Assembly (NCBI GenBank): GCA_934176955.1
Contig: CAKPOS010000007.1
Coordinates: 15,328 to 79,327, forward strand
Direction of reading: 5' to 3'
Source of the DNA: an uncultured Bacilli bacterium
Lineage (GTDB): Bacteria; Bacillota_I; Bacilli_A; RF39; UBA660
Length of the DNA: 64,000 nucleotides
Shown: in pieces, positions 55,042 to 63,992 of the stretch
Numbering within the stretch: position 1 is the stretch's first letter
How the letters are laid out: every line of letters starts with the position of its first letter
Position numbers and translations under genes: made by a program
Notes under the pieces: model-generated
Databases searched by the model: none
What the model was told of the DNA's origin: nothing
Seen by the model: the letters and a program-made list of their open reading frames with translations, nothing else

Positions 55042-55821
55042 ATCTCCACCAATTTCTTCTCTAAATAGATTGTGAATCCTTTAGATTTGATAAATTCATT
55101 ATAATCATCTTGAAGTAGAGTATAAGATGCATTACCATCTTTTTGTTTCCAAAATTGATTTGAATTTAGAAATTTACCTTTAACAGTTTCATAAATATTT
55201 TTACCATTCTTATCTTTCTTTTGAATAGGTACTAATTTCTTTTCTCCTTTTTTATTAGTTATTTTGTGTTTTACTTGATGACCATTTTCATCTAGTTCAA
55301 ACACCTTTCTTTTAACTTCATTAACTACTGGAGTAAAATATATATACATATGTGGTGTAGATTCATCAAGATGTTATATTTTCACTACCTACATATTCTT
55401 TAATAAAATTTAAACTTTCGTCAAAGAACATTTTTATTTCAGCTGGTAAATTATGATTTTCATCTATAATTACATGTCTAATTGGTTTACCAGCATTATC
55501 TCCAGTTTTATAAACTTCTCCAGTATCTTTAAATTCCATACCATAATGTTCAAAAAATTCTTGACCACTTGATATAATTAATCCATTTAAAACCTTTGTG
55601 CTTTTTTTATTTGGATTATAGTTTATATTATTAGAATAAAGATAATCAAATGTTGAACTTGCTAGAGTAGGTCCATCATAATTTATTAATTCTATATTAT
55701 ATGGAGTTCTAGTACTATCATATTTACCAGAACCTTTTCTTTCCTTTAATTCTTTATCAAGTCCACCAATATCTGATGCTTTAAACTTTTCTAATCGTAG
55801 TGCTTGTTTTTCTGAGTACAT
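55032..55821 (-). pseudogene. mob: MobV-family relaxase, frameshifted and 3'-truncated
   Basis: N-terminal ORF (55366-55821) has RLEKFKASDIGGLDKELKER...YNIEL. The metal motif HLDESTPHM is encoded at 55347-55373 in a different frame, continuing into ORF 55032-55349. Total is only ~256 aa. Confidence 0.75.
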
Positions 55822-56075
55822 TTATTTTGACCTCCTTTCAATGCTTGTTTTAAAATAATACTCTATCTCACTAGGGCATAATATATGCCCAACCGTGAGC
55901 TAAGGAATATTCCTTAGAATCCTTTATGCTTGTAATAGCTAGAACCAATACCTAATAAATAGGTAATGGCATTCGCTATCACAAGATTAATTAAACGATA
56001 TACCATATCATTTAATTAATGGATAATGAATTTACTATCGCCACTTCCAACCTTACAGGTCAGAACGTGCCACGT
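55822..56075. other. Structured non-coding region, candidate oriT of E2
   Basis: Noticeably more G+C than its surroundings. Nested hairpin CTCAC-TA-GGGCAT-AATAT-ATGCCC-AACC-GTGAG, perfect palindrome CTAAGGAATATTCCTTAG, and TACCT..AGGTA. Immediately 5' of the relaxase relic. Confidence 0.4.
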
Positions 56076-57026
56076 TTATTCATTATTTTCGGAAGGTTCT
56101 TCATAAGAACAATGCCATAATCTTTCGTTAGCAGTTCTTTTACTTGTTATATGAAGACCTTCTTTTTCAAGCAATTGTAGGTTTCTTTGAATTAAACCTC
56201 CAAGTTGTGTTGGTGTTAATAAAATATTTGTTTTAGATAAGATATCTGATATAGTGTAATCAAAATCTTTCTTAGCAACTGCATATTTTATAAATAGAAG
56301 TAGATTATAATCGGTTTCATCATCAGTATTTTCATCTATAACACTAAATGTTTGATTTTCATTTCTTTTCAAATTTAATTCTAATCTACTAAAATCCCTA
56401 CCTTTATAATCTAAAGTTAGTTTATTACAATTACTTTTTGACTCTTTTAATTTCATAATTCCAGATGCATCAGCAGTTAGTCCGACACTACCCATAATTC
56501 CATTACTTTTATTTAAGTGATGTGTAACAAATAATGTGCAGTTATATTTTCTACATATTTCTTTAAACTTTTTAAATACAACATTATTTATTTCTTGATA
56601 ATCATTTTGATTATAGTTACTATCAAATTTAATGTCTTTAAACATATCAATTATTACGAATAAAGGTTCTTTATCAAAGGTTAATTCATGAATGTCTCTT
56701 TCAATATCTCTGATATAAAAATCTGGAATATCATCTATGTCTATAATGTGAAGTTTATCTACATTAGGTTTCAAATTCATTAATTTAAATCGGTCTTATA
56801 ATTGATTTATATCGCCCTCTGTGGTAATATATAAGACATGAGAGGGATTTACTTTGAATCCTAAAAAATCTTCTCCAGTAGTAAGAGAGAAGGCAAGTTG
56901 CTGAGCAAACATTGACTTGCCAACCTTAGGATGAGATACAAGTAGATAAACTCCATTTGATATCATTAGGTTTTCGACGATGATATCTTTTTTTATGCTT
57001 TTATTTACTTCGTTTATTTGTTTCAA
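56076..57026 (-). pseudogene. RepA-like RecA-fold ATPase interrupted by one in-frame TAA (E2)
   Basis: ORFs 56796-57026 (Walker A HPKVGKS) and 56076-56780 are in the same frame, separated only by the TAA at 56796-56798 (...DINQL*DRFKLMNLKP...). Collinear with the intact E1 gene 44797-45786. Confidence 0.8.
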
Positions 57027-57041
57027 TTTGTATCTCCTTTC

Positions 57042-57293
57042 TTACATGTTTTTAATTAATTGTTTACTAGAAACTCTAGATTCTAAATAAGAAATATCTA
57101 TATCAAAGAAAGCTACAACTTCTTTAGTTGGTACAACAGACTTTGGAATAAGATAACCTTGTTTTTCAAGCTTTTCTTTTATTTCCTTTTTAGCCTTTAG
57201 TGCAGAATTTCTTCCTAGATGTCCAAGTTTCATAATATCTTCTAGAGTGCACCATTGTTTAGCTATTAATTTTAATGTTTCTTCTGCAGACAT
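57042..57293 (-). CDS. Small DNA-binding protein, possible excisionase/regulator (E2)
   Basis: Paralogue of 45799-46035. Confidence 0.35.
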   Translation of the reverse strand: MSAEETLKLIAKQWCTLEDIMKLGHLGRNSALKAKKEIKEKLEKQGYLIPKSVVPTKEVVAFFDIDISYLESRVSSKQLIKNM

Positions 57294-57323
57294 TTTTATC
57301 CTTCTTTCTAAATTTTTTAATAA

Positions 57324-57575
57324 TTATTTTTGTGGTGATACATAAACGTAATATGTATCATCTAATGAATTATAGATAATATATTTTTTCTTTCTTAATT
57401 CTCTAAATGCTAGAGCAACATCTTTTTTACTATCATTACTAAGAGAGTAGAGGTCAGTATTTTCAAGTTCATCATTAGATCTAACTAATAGAGAGTTAAG
57501 CATACCTATAGCGCTAACTGACAAATCTTTAGGTATTACATATTCATTAGTAGTTTGTTTCTTTAGTAATTTCAT
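57324..57575 (-). CDS. Hypothetical small protein (83 aa)
   Basis: ATG at 57575 is preceded by an AGGAGGA RBS (57581-57588). The longer 108-aa track ORF has no RBS. Confidence 0.4.
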   Translation of the reverse strand: MKLLKKQTTNEYVIPKDLSVSAIGMLNSLLVRSNDELENTDLYSLSNDSKKDVALAFRELRKKKYIIYNSLDDTYYVYVSPQK

Positions 57576-57598
57576 ACAAGTCCTCCTTTCTATAATTA

Positions 57599-57667
57599 TG
57601 TCCGATATTAAGGACAATTCAAATATAGCATTGTCCGAAAAAGATGTCAATACTTTTTGTCCGAAAA
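57599..57667. promoter_or_regulatory. E2 switch region: three TGTCCGA sites (one within the inverted repeat TGTCC-N8-GGACA)
   Basis: TGTCCGATATTAAGGACA (57599-57616). TTGTCCGAAAA at 57631 and 57657 (26-bp phasing). Downstream promoter TAGACA-17-TGcTAAAAT (57670-57698). Confidence 0.5.
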
Positions 57668-57738
57668 TATAGACAAATTGATAAAAAAGTGCTAAAATTA
57701 AATTGTGAAGGAAGAAAAGGGAAGAAAGAAGTGATTAA

Positions 57739-58260
57739 ATGAACTCAGAAGAACTTAAGAATTTAATTGAATCTGCAAGAGTAGAAAAAGGCATTTCTCA
57801 AAGAGAACTAGCTAAATTAACTGGTATAAGTAGAAGTACATTAAATGATTTAATTAATGGAAAAATAAAAAAAGTAGATATTGATGATCTACGAAAGATT
57901 GCTGAAACATTAGATATGTCTTTACAAAAATTATTAAAGGTTGCAGGTTATGATGAAATGCTTTTCTATTTTTCTAAAGATAAATATGCAAATAAATCTA
58001 GTAAAGATTTAAAAGAAATGATTAAAAATTATGAAGAATCTCAAAGAAATTTATTAGATTTCGATACTGAAAAAAGAAAAAAAGTAAGTGATGCAAGACA
58101 AAAACTATTTTATACAATAGAACACTTACAAATAATGAAAGATAATAAGGATAGCTTATATACAATAGATAAAGCAATTGAAGATATACAATATGCCTTT
58201 GATGAATTAGAATTTGCAGAACATAAATACGATTATAGTAAATTGCCAAAGAAAAACTAA
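57739..58260 (+). CDS. XRE-family HTH regulator (E2 repressor candidate)
   Basis: HTH ARVEKGISQRELAKLTGISRSTLNDLINGKIKK. Confidence 0.8.
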   Translation: MNSEELKNLIESARVEKGISQRELAKLTGISRSTLNDLINGKIKKVDIDDLRKIAETLDMSLQKLLKVAGYDEMLFYFSKDKYANKSSKDLKEMIKNYEESQRNLLDFDTEKRKKVSDARQKLFYTIEHLQIMKDNKDSLYTIDKAIEDIQYAFDELEFAEHKYDYSKLPKKN

Positions 58261-58270
58261 AGGAGATGAG

Positions 58271-58852
58271 ATGATGAATGTTATCAAATTTAATTTAGAT
58301 GATCTTGAAAAACAAGAAACAGGTTTTTCATATTATTTATTAGGGAGAAGTTATGATTTAGAAGAAAACGATGCTACACAGGATTACAATAAAGCATTAG
58401 AATATTATTTAAAAGGTTTTAATATTGATTATCCATTATGCACTTATTCTTTAGGAATTTCTTATGAACTAGGATTAGGAGAATTATTAGAAATAGATAA
58501 AAATAAAGCAAAAGAACTTTTGAATAAGGCTTATCCTAAAATAATTGAATTAATAAATAATCCTGATATATCTGATGTAGAAAGAATTTATGCTAAATTT
58601 GTGTTAGGTGCTTATTACTATTTTGGACTAGGAAATATTGAAAGAGATTATAATAAAGCATTTAAAACTATTAAAGAATGTGCAGATAATGGACATATTG
58701 CTGCAATTTATGATTTAGGTGCTAATTTTTACTATAATGGAAATGGCACTGAAGTTAATTATGAATTAGCAGATTATTATTTAAATATTGCTAAAGAAAA
58801 TGGTTTAAAAAGAGCAATAGACTTATGTAACTCTAGACATAAAACTAAATAA
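58271..58852 (+). CDS. Sel1-like (SLR/TPR) repeat protein
   Basis: ATG at 58271 after AAGGAG. Repeated A..YY.KG......A.Y.LG..Y..G.G units (e.g. YNKALEYYLKGFNIDYPLCTYSLGISYELGLG). Confidence 0.65.
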   Translation: MMNVIKFNLDDLEKQETGFSYYLLGRSYDLEENDATQDYNKALEYYLKGFNIDYPLCTYSLGISYELGLGELLEIDKNKAKELLNKAYPKIIELINNPDISDVERIYAKFVLGAYYYFGLGNIERDYNKAFKTIKECADNGHIAAIYDLGANFYYNGNGTEVNYELADYYLNIAKENGLKRAIDLCNSRHKTK

Positions 58853-58867
58853 AATGGAGGTCAAATA

Positions 58868-59404
58868 ATGCCTAAAATAAATTTAAATAATCTTGAAATT
58901 AGAACTTGTAATAGTAACGATGTTAAAGATATTTATAATATTCAAGAAATAGTAATTAATAACTTTAAAAAAGAAGAAAAAGGGTATTTTTTACCTTTTA
59001 CTGAAGAATGGTATTTAAGAATTGTAAATAATCCTGATAAAGACGGTGAAATATATGGAGCATTTTGTAATAATAAAATGATTGCATGGATATTTTTATC
59101 AGTATCAACACGAATGGAACAAATTAAAAGTTTTATTCCTGATATTGATGGAAAATGTGCTGACATTGATGGAGTTATAGTTTTACCTGAATATAGGGGA
59201 AATGCGCTTCAAAAAATACTTGTAAATTATTTAGAAAGTAAAGCAAAAGAAAAAGGTATTACAAATATAGTTGCAGAAGTTACTTTTGGAAATGATTTCA
59301 GTTTAAATAATTTGCAATCTTTAGGTTATGAAATAAAGACTTGGTATCAAAAAGATGAAAATATAAAAAGACACATTTTGCTAAAGAAGTTAAAAAATGA
59401 TTAA
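58868..59404 (+). CDS. GNAT-family N-acetyltransferase
   Basis: Motif A GVIVLPEYRGNALQKILVNYLESKAKEKG. Confidence 0.75.
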   Translation: MPKINLNNLEIRTCNSNDVKDIYNIQEIVINNFKKEEKGYFLPFTEEWYLRIVNNPDKDGEIYGAFCNNKMIAWIFLSVSTRMEQIKSFIPDIDGKCADIDGVIVLPEYRGNALQKILVNYLESKAKEKGITNIVAEVTFGNDFSLNNLQSLGYEIKTWYQKDENIKRHILLKKLKND

Positions 59405-60314
59405 AATAAACGAGATAAATAGTAATATTGAAAATTTAAAGAAATCTTTACCAAGTTTAGAAATTGATAGTGTATTTTTAGAGCAAGGTGGAAAAATAGA
59501 AAAATTGTTTTATAAAGATGAGAGTTTACATGAACTAAGAAGTTGTGCTAAATTGCTTGTAGCAATGGCTATTGGTATAGCAATTGATAAAGAGATGATA
59601 ACACTAGACACACCAATTTATCCTTCTATTAAAAATATTGTTAATGTTACAAATAAAAGTAATTTAGAAAAAATAAAGCAATGGACTGTAAGAAATCTAT
59701 TAACTCATACAACAGGATATGAAAAACAAATGATGTCGGAAAACTATATAAAAAATATTGATAAAAATAAATTATTAGATTATGCTCTTAACTATGATAT
59801 TCCATACAATGTTGATACTAGGTTTGCTTACAATAATGTTGAACCATTTATTTTGTCAGTATTTTTTCAAGAATCATTTAATATTAATTTAACAGATTTT
59901 ATTAAAGAAAATATATTTGATAAATTAGAAATTGTTGATTATAAATGGGAAAATTATGGAAAATACTGTCCGGCTTCAACTGGACTTTATCTTAATCATA
60001 GTGATTTTCATAAGATTGGTAAATTACTATTAAATGGTGGAAAATATAATAATATCCAAGTTGTTCCTGAAAAGTGGATAAATCAAATGTGTATATTACA
60101 ACTTGAAACACCTTCAGCATATAAACCAGAAAGATTGTTACCTAAAATTGGTGTTGGCTATTATACTTTTATTTCAAGAGATGGCTATGTATTTAGAGAT
60201 GGATCTAATGGTCAATATATTATAATTAATAAAGAAAAAAATCTTTTAATAACTATTATGTCTACAGAAAAAGATATGAAAAATGTAACTGAAATTTTAA
60301 GAAATATGATATAA
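59397..60314 (+). CDS. Beta-lactamase-related serine hydrolase (class C/PBP4*-like)
   Basis: SxxK (SCAK) near the N-terminus, YxN (YNN), LLTHTTGY. Confidence 0.6.
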   Translation: MIKINEINSNIENLKKSLPSLEIDSVFLEQGGKIEKLFYKDESLHELRSCAKLLVAMAIGIAIDKEMITLDTPIYPSIKNIVNVTNKSNLEKIKQWTVRNLLTHTTGYEKQMMSENYIKNIDKNKLLDYALNYDIPYNVDTRFAYNNVEPFILSVFFQESFNINLTDFIKENIFDKLEIVDYKWENYGKYCPASTGLYLNHSDFHKIGKLLLNGGKYNNIQVVPEKWINQMCILQLETPSAYKPERLLPKIGVGYYTFISRDGYVFRDGSNGQYIIINKEKNLLITIMSTEKDMKNVTEILRNMI

Positions 60315-60355
60315 ACTACATGTAAGTTTATCATTTTGCATATGGGAGGTGTAAT

Positions 60356-61099
60356 ATGAGAATTGATTTTCATTGTCATACAAAAGCAGTAAAAAGCGGT
60401 GAAAATAAAACGAGGAATATAAATGCTACAGATTTTAAAGAAGCAATAAAAGATGCTAGAGTTAAAATGGTTGCTATTACAAATCATAATTCTTTTGATA
60501 AAAACCAATTTGATGAATTTTATAAGAAAGTTAACAATGATTTTATTCTATTACCAGGTATAGAATTAGATACAATTGGTATTAAGAATGAAAAAGGTCA
60601 TATTGTTATAGTGTATGATGATAAAGATTTAAACACTTTTGATAATAAAGTTAGTAAATTATTAGAAGGAACTAACCCGGATACTTTCACAATTGATATA
60701 GAAAAGTTGATCGAATTTATAAATAATATTAATTGTATAGTATTAGCTCATTATTTTAAACCCGATGCTTTAGATATTGAATCAATAAATTACATAAAAG
60801 AAAAAATAACAGATAATTTTAGATTGTTTTATGAACCAAGTAATTATAGAACATTAGGCATAATGATAAATCACAATTTTAGGGCTTTAAAAGGAACAGA
60901 TATTGTTGATTGGAAAGACTATGGGAAGCAAGAATTTGCTAACATTAAATTAGATATTGATTCATATAAACAATTTATTAAATTTTTAAAGAAAGATAAA
61001 ACGGTAATAGAAAGTCTTTTAAATAAACAAACAAAGTATAGTGTTGACATCGGATATAAAGTGATGGTCATGAATTTGTTGATTTATATGATGACGTGA
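60356..61099 (+). CDS. PHP-domain phosphoesterase/nuclease (N-terminal half of a Ppl/TrlF-like protein)
   Basis: MRIDFHCHTKAV...MVAITNHNSFD and LAHYF follow the PHP His/Asp motif order. Its last ~14 codons look out of frame relative to the downstream ATPase. Confidence 0.7.
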   Translation: MRIDFHCHTKAVKSGENKTRNINATDFKEAIKDARVKMVAITNHNSFDKNQFDEFYKKVNNDFILLPGIELDTIGIKNEKGHIVIVYDDKDLNTFDNKVSKLLEGTNPDTFTIDIEKLIEFINNINCIVLAHYFKPDALDIESINYIKEKITDNFRLFYEPSNYRTLGIMINHNFRALKGTDIVDWKDYGKQEFANIKLDIDSYKQFIKFLKKDKTVIESLLNKQTKYSVDIGYKVMVMNLLIYMMT

Positions 61100-62457
61100 A
61101 TGTGTTTTTTGGTACAAAAGGAACTGGAAAATCTGTCAGTTTAGAAAAAATTGAAAAATATTTCAAAGATAATGGAAAGAAAACAAGTTCTTATTCTCCA
61201 AATGATAATAAAGATAAACTTGATCAAAGATTAAAAATATTAGATGATGAAAGAAAAATGTCTTCTTATGATAGGAATAATTATTCTTATGAGTTTTCAG
61301 ATATTAATGAATGGACAGAACCAGATGTTACTCAGTTTATTGATTATATAAATTATGTAAAATATAAGGATCAAAATGCTAATAAAAAGCGAATGAAAAT
61401 AGTTGAGATAAGAAATGTGTTAGGATATAATAATAAAATATTACAAACCAGCAAACAGGACTTTGAAAACTTAAATACGGTAATGAATTTATTGAATAAT
61501 ATTGATATAAAAAAATATATCGTCCAAGAAAAAGAAGGACAATTGATAAAATTAACTAATGAATTATTGGAAAGCATAAAAGAAGCATATTCTTATAATT
61601 TTGATGAAAAAACATCAATTAAACTTACTAATAATGCCGTAAGTAAAATTAAAACAATTGTCGAGAAGAAAACCGAAACAAAAACTATTCCAAATGAAAC
61701 TGGATTTATCAATTTTGCAAAAAAGCATTTTTCCTTAGAAATTAGTATTAACAAAATATTAGATGGCTTTAAATTTGAATATGTATCTAATCCTGAGTAT
61801 ATAGGAAAACTTGAAGAAGAAAAATTATTATATAAAAAGACCATGATAACTATGCTAAATGATTCTAGTAAATCAGATGATGGATTTAAAGGTATAAATA
61901 ATTTAAAAGAAATAAAAGGAATTCTAAAAGCTATAAAAAATGATGTTTATAATGACAATCTTGCTGAGGATATTAGCAACTATAAAGAAAAATATGAGCA
62001 GAATTTATCGTTAGATGATTTTATAGGGATTACAAAGAAATTTGTTGTAGATGGTAAAGACTATAAGCCTTCAACCGGAGAAGCAACTATGATTGTTCTT
62101 AACGATGCACTTGATGATAAATATGACATTTATATTTTAGATGAGCCAGAAAAAAGTTTGGGAAACAATTATGTTAGTGACGTTTTGGTTTCAAGATTAA
62201 ACGATTTAGCAAAAATGAAAAAAGTCGTAGTTGTAGCAACTCACAATGCTAATGTTGCAGTTAGAACCATGCCATATAGATCAATTTTGAAAGTCTATGA
62301 TAATGGCGAATATAAAACATTTATAGGCAATCCATATGTTAATAAATTAGTAAATATTAAAGATGAAAATGACTATAAAGATTGGAAAGAAGAGAGTATT
62401 AGAATACTAGAGGGTGGAAAAGAAGCTTTTGAGGAAAGAATTGATATTTATGCTTAA
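61096..62457 (+). CDS. ABC/SMC-like ATPase (C-terminal half of a Ppl/TrlF-like protein)
   Basis: Walker A GTKGTGKS only 6 codons after the nominal GTG start. Long helical insert. PSTGE (signature-like), Walker B IYILDEPEKSLG, and ATHN (H-loop). Confidence 0.7.
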   Translation: MNVFFGTKGTGKSVSLEKIEKYFKDNGKKTSSYSPNDNKDKLDQRLKILDDERKMSSYDRNNYSYEFSDINEWTEPDVTQFIDYINYVKYKDQNANKKRMKIVEIRNVLGYNNKILQTSKQDFENLNTVMNLLNNIDIKKYIVQEKEGQLIKLTNELLESIKEAYSYNFDEKTSIKLTNNAVSKIKTIVEKKTETKTIPNETGFINFAKKHFSLEISINKILDGFKFEYVSNPEYIGKLEEEKLLYKKTMITMLNDSSKSDDGFKGINNLKEIKGILKAIKNDVYNDNLAEDISNYKEKYEQNLSLDDFIGITKKFVVDGKDYKPSTGEATMIVLNDALDDKYDIYILDEPEKSLGNNYVSDVLVSRLNDLAKMKKVVVVATHNANVAVRTMPYRSILKVYDNGEYKTFIGNPYVNKLVNIKDENDYKDWKEESIRILEGGKEAFEERIDIYA

Positions 62458-62821
62458 TGAAAGAATTAATCTAATAGATGCAACTCTTACAAGAAATGAT
62501 ATTGAACAAATAGTTATTAGGTTTAATATTGATAGTAATAACTATGACTTAAACTTACAGAGTAATAATTCTGAAGACATAAAAAAGGTGTTTTTAGAAT
62601 TATCAAGGATAATTAGAATTACACCTATTAAAATAGAACTAAAGATAAATGAAAATATTGATGAAAAAAAAGATAATTTATTTATAGAAACAGCATATGA
62701 GTATATTAATCAGTTAAATGATGAAATGCTTGAATTGGAAAATGATGATGATTTGAAGACCATTAGAAATTTTATTAATAATGGCAATGAAAATAAAGGA
62801 GAGGACAATAATGAAAAATAA
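62450..62821 (+). CDS. Small acidic protein coupled to the ATPase
   Basis: ATG at 62450 overlaps the ATPase stop by 8 nt. 123 aa, Asp/Glu/Asn-rich C-terminus. No motif recognised. Confidence 0.45.
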   Translation: MLNERINLIDATLTRNDIEQIVIRFNIDSNNYDLNLQSNNSEDIKKVFLELSRIIRITPIKIELKINENIDEKKDNLFIETAYEYINQLNDEMLELENDDDLKTIRNFINNGNENKGEDNNEK

Positions 62822-63365
62822 TTATTTACTAATACATGGTAGTTTTGGAAGCCCATTTGTGAATTGGTTTCCATATTTGAGAAGAGAAATTGAAAACAAA
62901 AATTTAGAAGTATATACTCCAGATTTTCCAACAGGAGTTGGATATCAAAATTATGTAAATTGGTCAAAAATATTGAAATGCTATCTAGATGCAGGAATAA
63001 TAAATGAAAATACAACTATATTTGCTCATTCGATTGCACCTGTATTTATTTGCAAGTTCTTAATTGAAAACAAAGTAAAAGTTAAAAGATTAGTATTTGT
63101 ATGTGGATTTAACAATTATTTAGGAATAAATGAAGAATACGATGCGGTAAATGAAAGTATGTTTTTAGATAATTTAGGAGATGTAAAAAAATATTGTTCT
63201 GATATTGTTTGTTATTATTCTGATAATGATCCTTATGTTAAATATGATGGGGAAAAAGAATTTGCTGATGCCATAACAAATAATCAAATAATAATAAAAG
63301 ATGGTGGACATTTAAATTCTGAATCTGGATACTCAGAATTTGCGGATTTATTAAAATATTTATAA
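62811..63365 (+). CDS. YdeN/RBBP9-like alpha/beta serine hydrolase
   Basis: ATG at 62811. LLIHGSFGSPFVNWF, nucleophile elbow FAHSIA, DGGHLN. Confidence 0.6.
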   Translation: MKNNYLLIHGSFGSPFVNWFPYLRREIENKNLEVYTPDFPTGVGYQNYVNWSKILKCYLDAGIINENTTIFAHSIAPVFICKFLIENKVKVKRLVFVCGFNNYLGINEEYDAVNESMFLDNLGDVKKYCSDIVCYYSDNDPYVKYDGEKEFADAITNNQIIIKDGGHLNSESGYSEFADLLKYL

Positions 63366-63382
63366 TCTGAAAGGAATAAAAT

Positions 63383-63730
63383 ATGAATAGAGATTTTGCT
63401 GAACAGTGGCTTAATGATTTAAAAAAATATTGGTTTAATAAAGATATTGAAAGTGCAGTTTCATTATTTAACAAAACAACATTCTATCAAGAAACACCAT
63501 TCATGAATCCGTATACTACTATAGAAGAAATTAATCAAGAATGGCAACATATAAAAAATGAGAATATACAAGATATAGAAATAAATATATTAGCAATAGA
63601 TGAAAATATATTAATTGCACATTAGATATTAAAACAAAATGATAAAGATTATGATGGAATTTATGAAATAAAATTTAATAATAATTCAGAATGTATATAT
63701 TTTAAAAGTTGGGAAATGGTAAATGAATAA
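63383..63730 (+). pseudogene. NTF2/SnoaL-like small protein with an in-frame TAG
   Basis: The 80-aa ORF stops at TAG 63623-63625, but the same frame continues for 34 more codons (ILKQNDKDYDGIYEIKFNNNSECIYFKSWEMVNE) to TAA 63728-63730, completing a typical NTF2-like beta-sheet. Confidence 0.6.
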
Positions 63731-63736
63731 GAAAAA

Positions 63737-63805
63737 ATGACACAGTGACACTATAAATGCATGTGGGGGACTCTCATACAATGTGTCACTGTGTCATTTT
63801 TGTTT
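63737..63805 (+). terminator. Conserved long hairpin H (E2 copy), terminator-like
   Basis: Perfect 15-bp arms ATGACACAGTGACAC / GTGTCACTGTGTCAT, 31-nt loop, then TTTTGTTTT. Confidence 0.6.
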
Positions 63806-63807
63806 TC

Positions 63808-63829
63808 CAGATACCAAATCTAGATACTA
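63808..63829 (+). repeat. E2 arm-type repeats, right end (CAGATACCA + TAGATACTA)
   Basis: Same 9-mer family and orientation as at 54044-54085. Confidence 0.65.
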
Positions 63830-63945
63830 ATTGCAAAAAATAAAGTTATTTTAATAAACTTTAGTAAATTTAACAAAATTAAAAAGCCTTATAATATAAG
63901 ACTTTAACTAATTATTAAATTGTTACGAACTGATATTAAGATTTT

Positions 63946-63992
63946 CCCCTGAAATTCTCCTCGAGAGAGGGGAATACTTTTGTTTATAAGGG
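63946..63992 (+). repeat. att copy C (right end of E2)
   Basis: CCCCTGAAAT + ATTCTCCTC-GAGA-GAGGGGAAT hairpin + ACTTTTGTTTATAAGG. The flanking GGATTTTTAA matches the left end of E2. Confidence 0.8.

Larger units (their letters stand above)
53972..63992. mobile_element. Integrative mobilisable element E2 (~10 kb), decaying, bounded by att copies B and C
   Basis: Integrase next to att B. TAGATACCA arm repeats at both ends. MobV relic, RepA-like pseudogene, XRE switch and cargo. Confidence 0.8.

Noticed and set aside
55366-55821. Treating 55366-55821 and 55032-55349 as two independent hypothetical genes
   Set aside because: The MobV N-terminal motifs are in the first ORF and the HLDESTPHM motif bridges to the second in a shifted frame. 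Together these show they are fragments of one relaxase gene.
62710-63474. Minus-strand ORFs 62710-63015 and 63238-63474
   Set aside because: They are antisense to the acidic-protein, hydrolase and NTF2-like genes. The hydrophobic low-complexity translations have no motifs or RBS.
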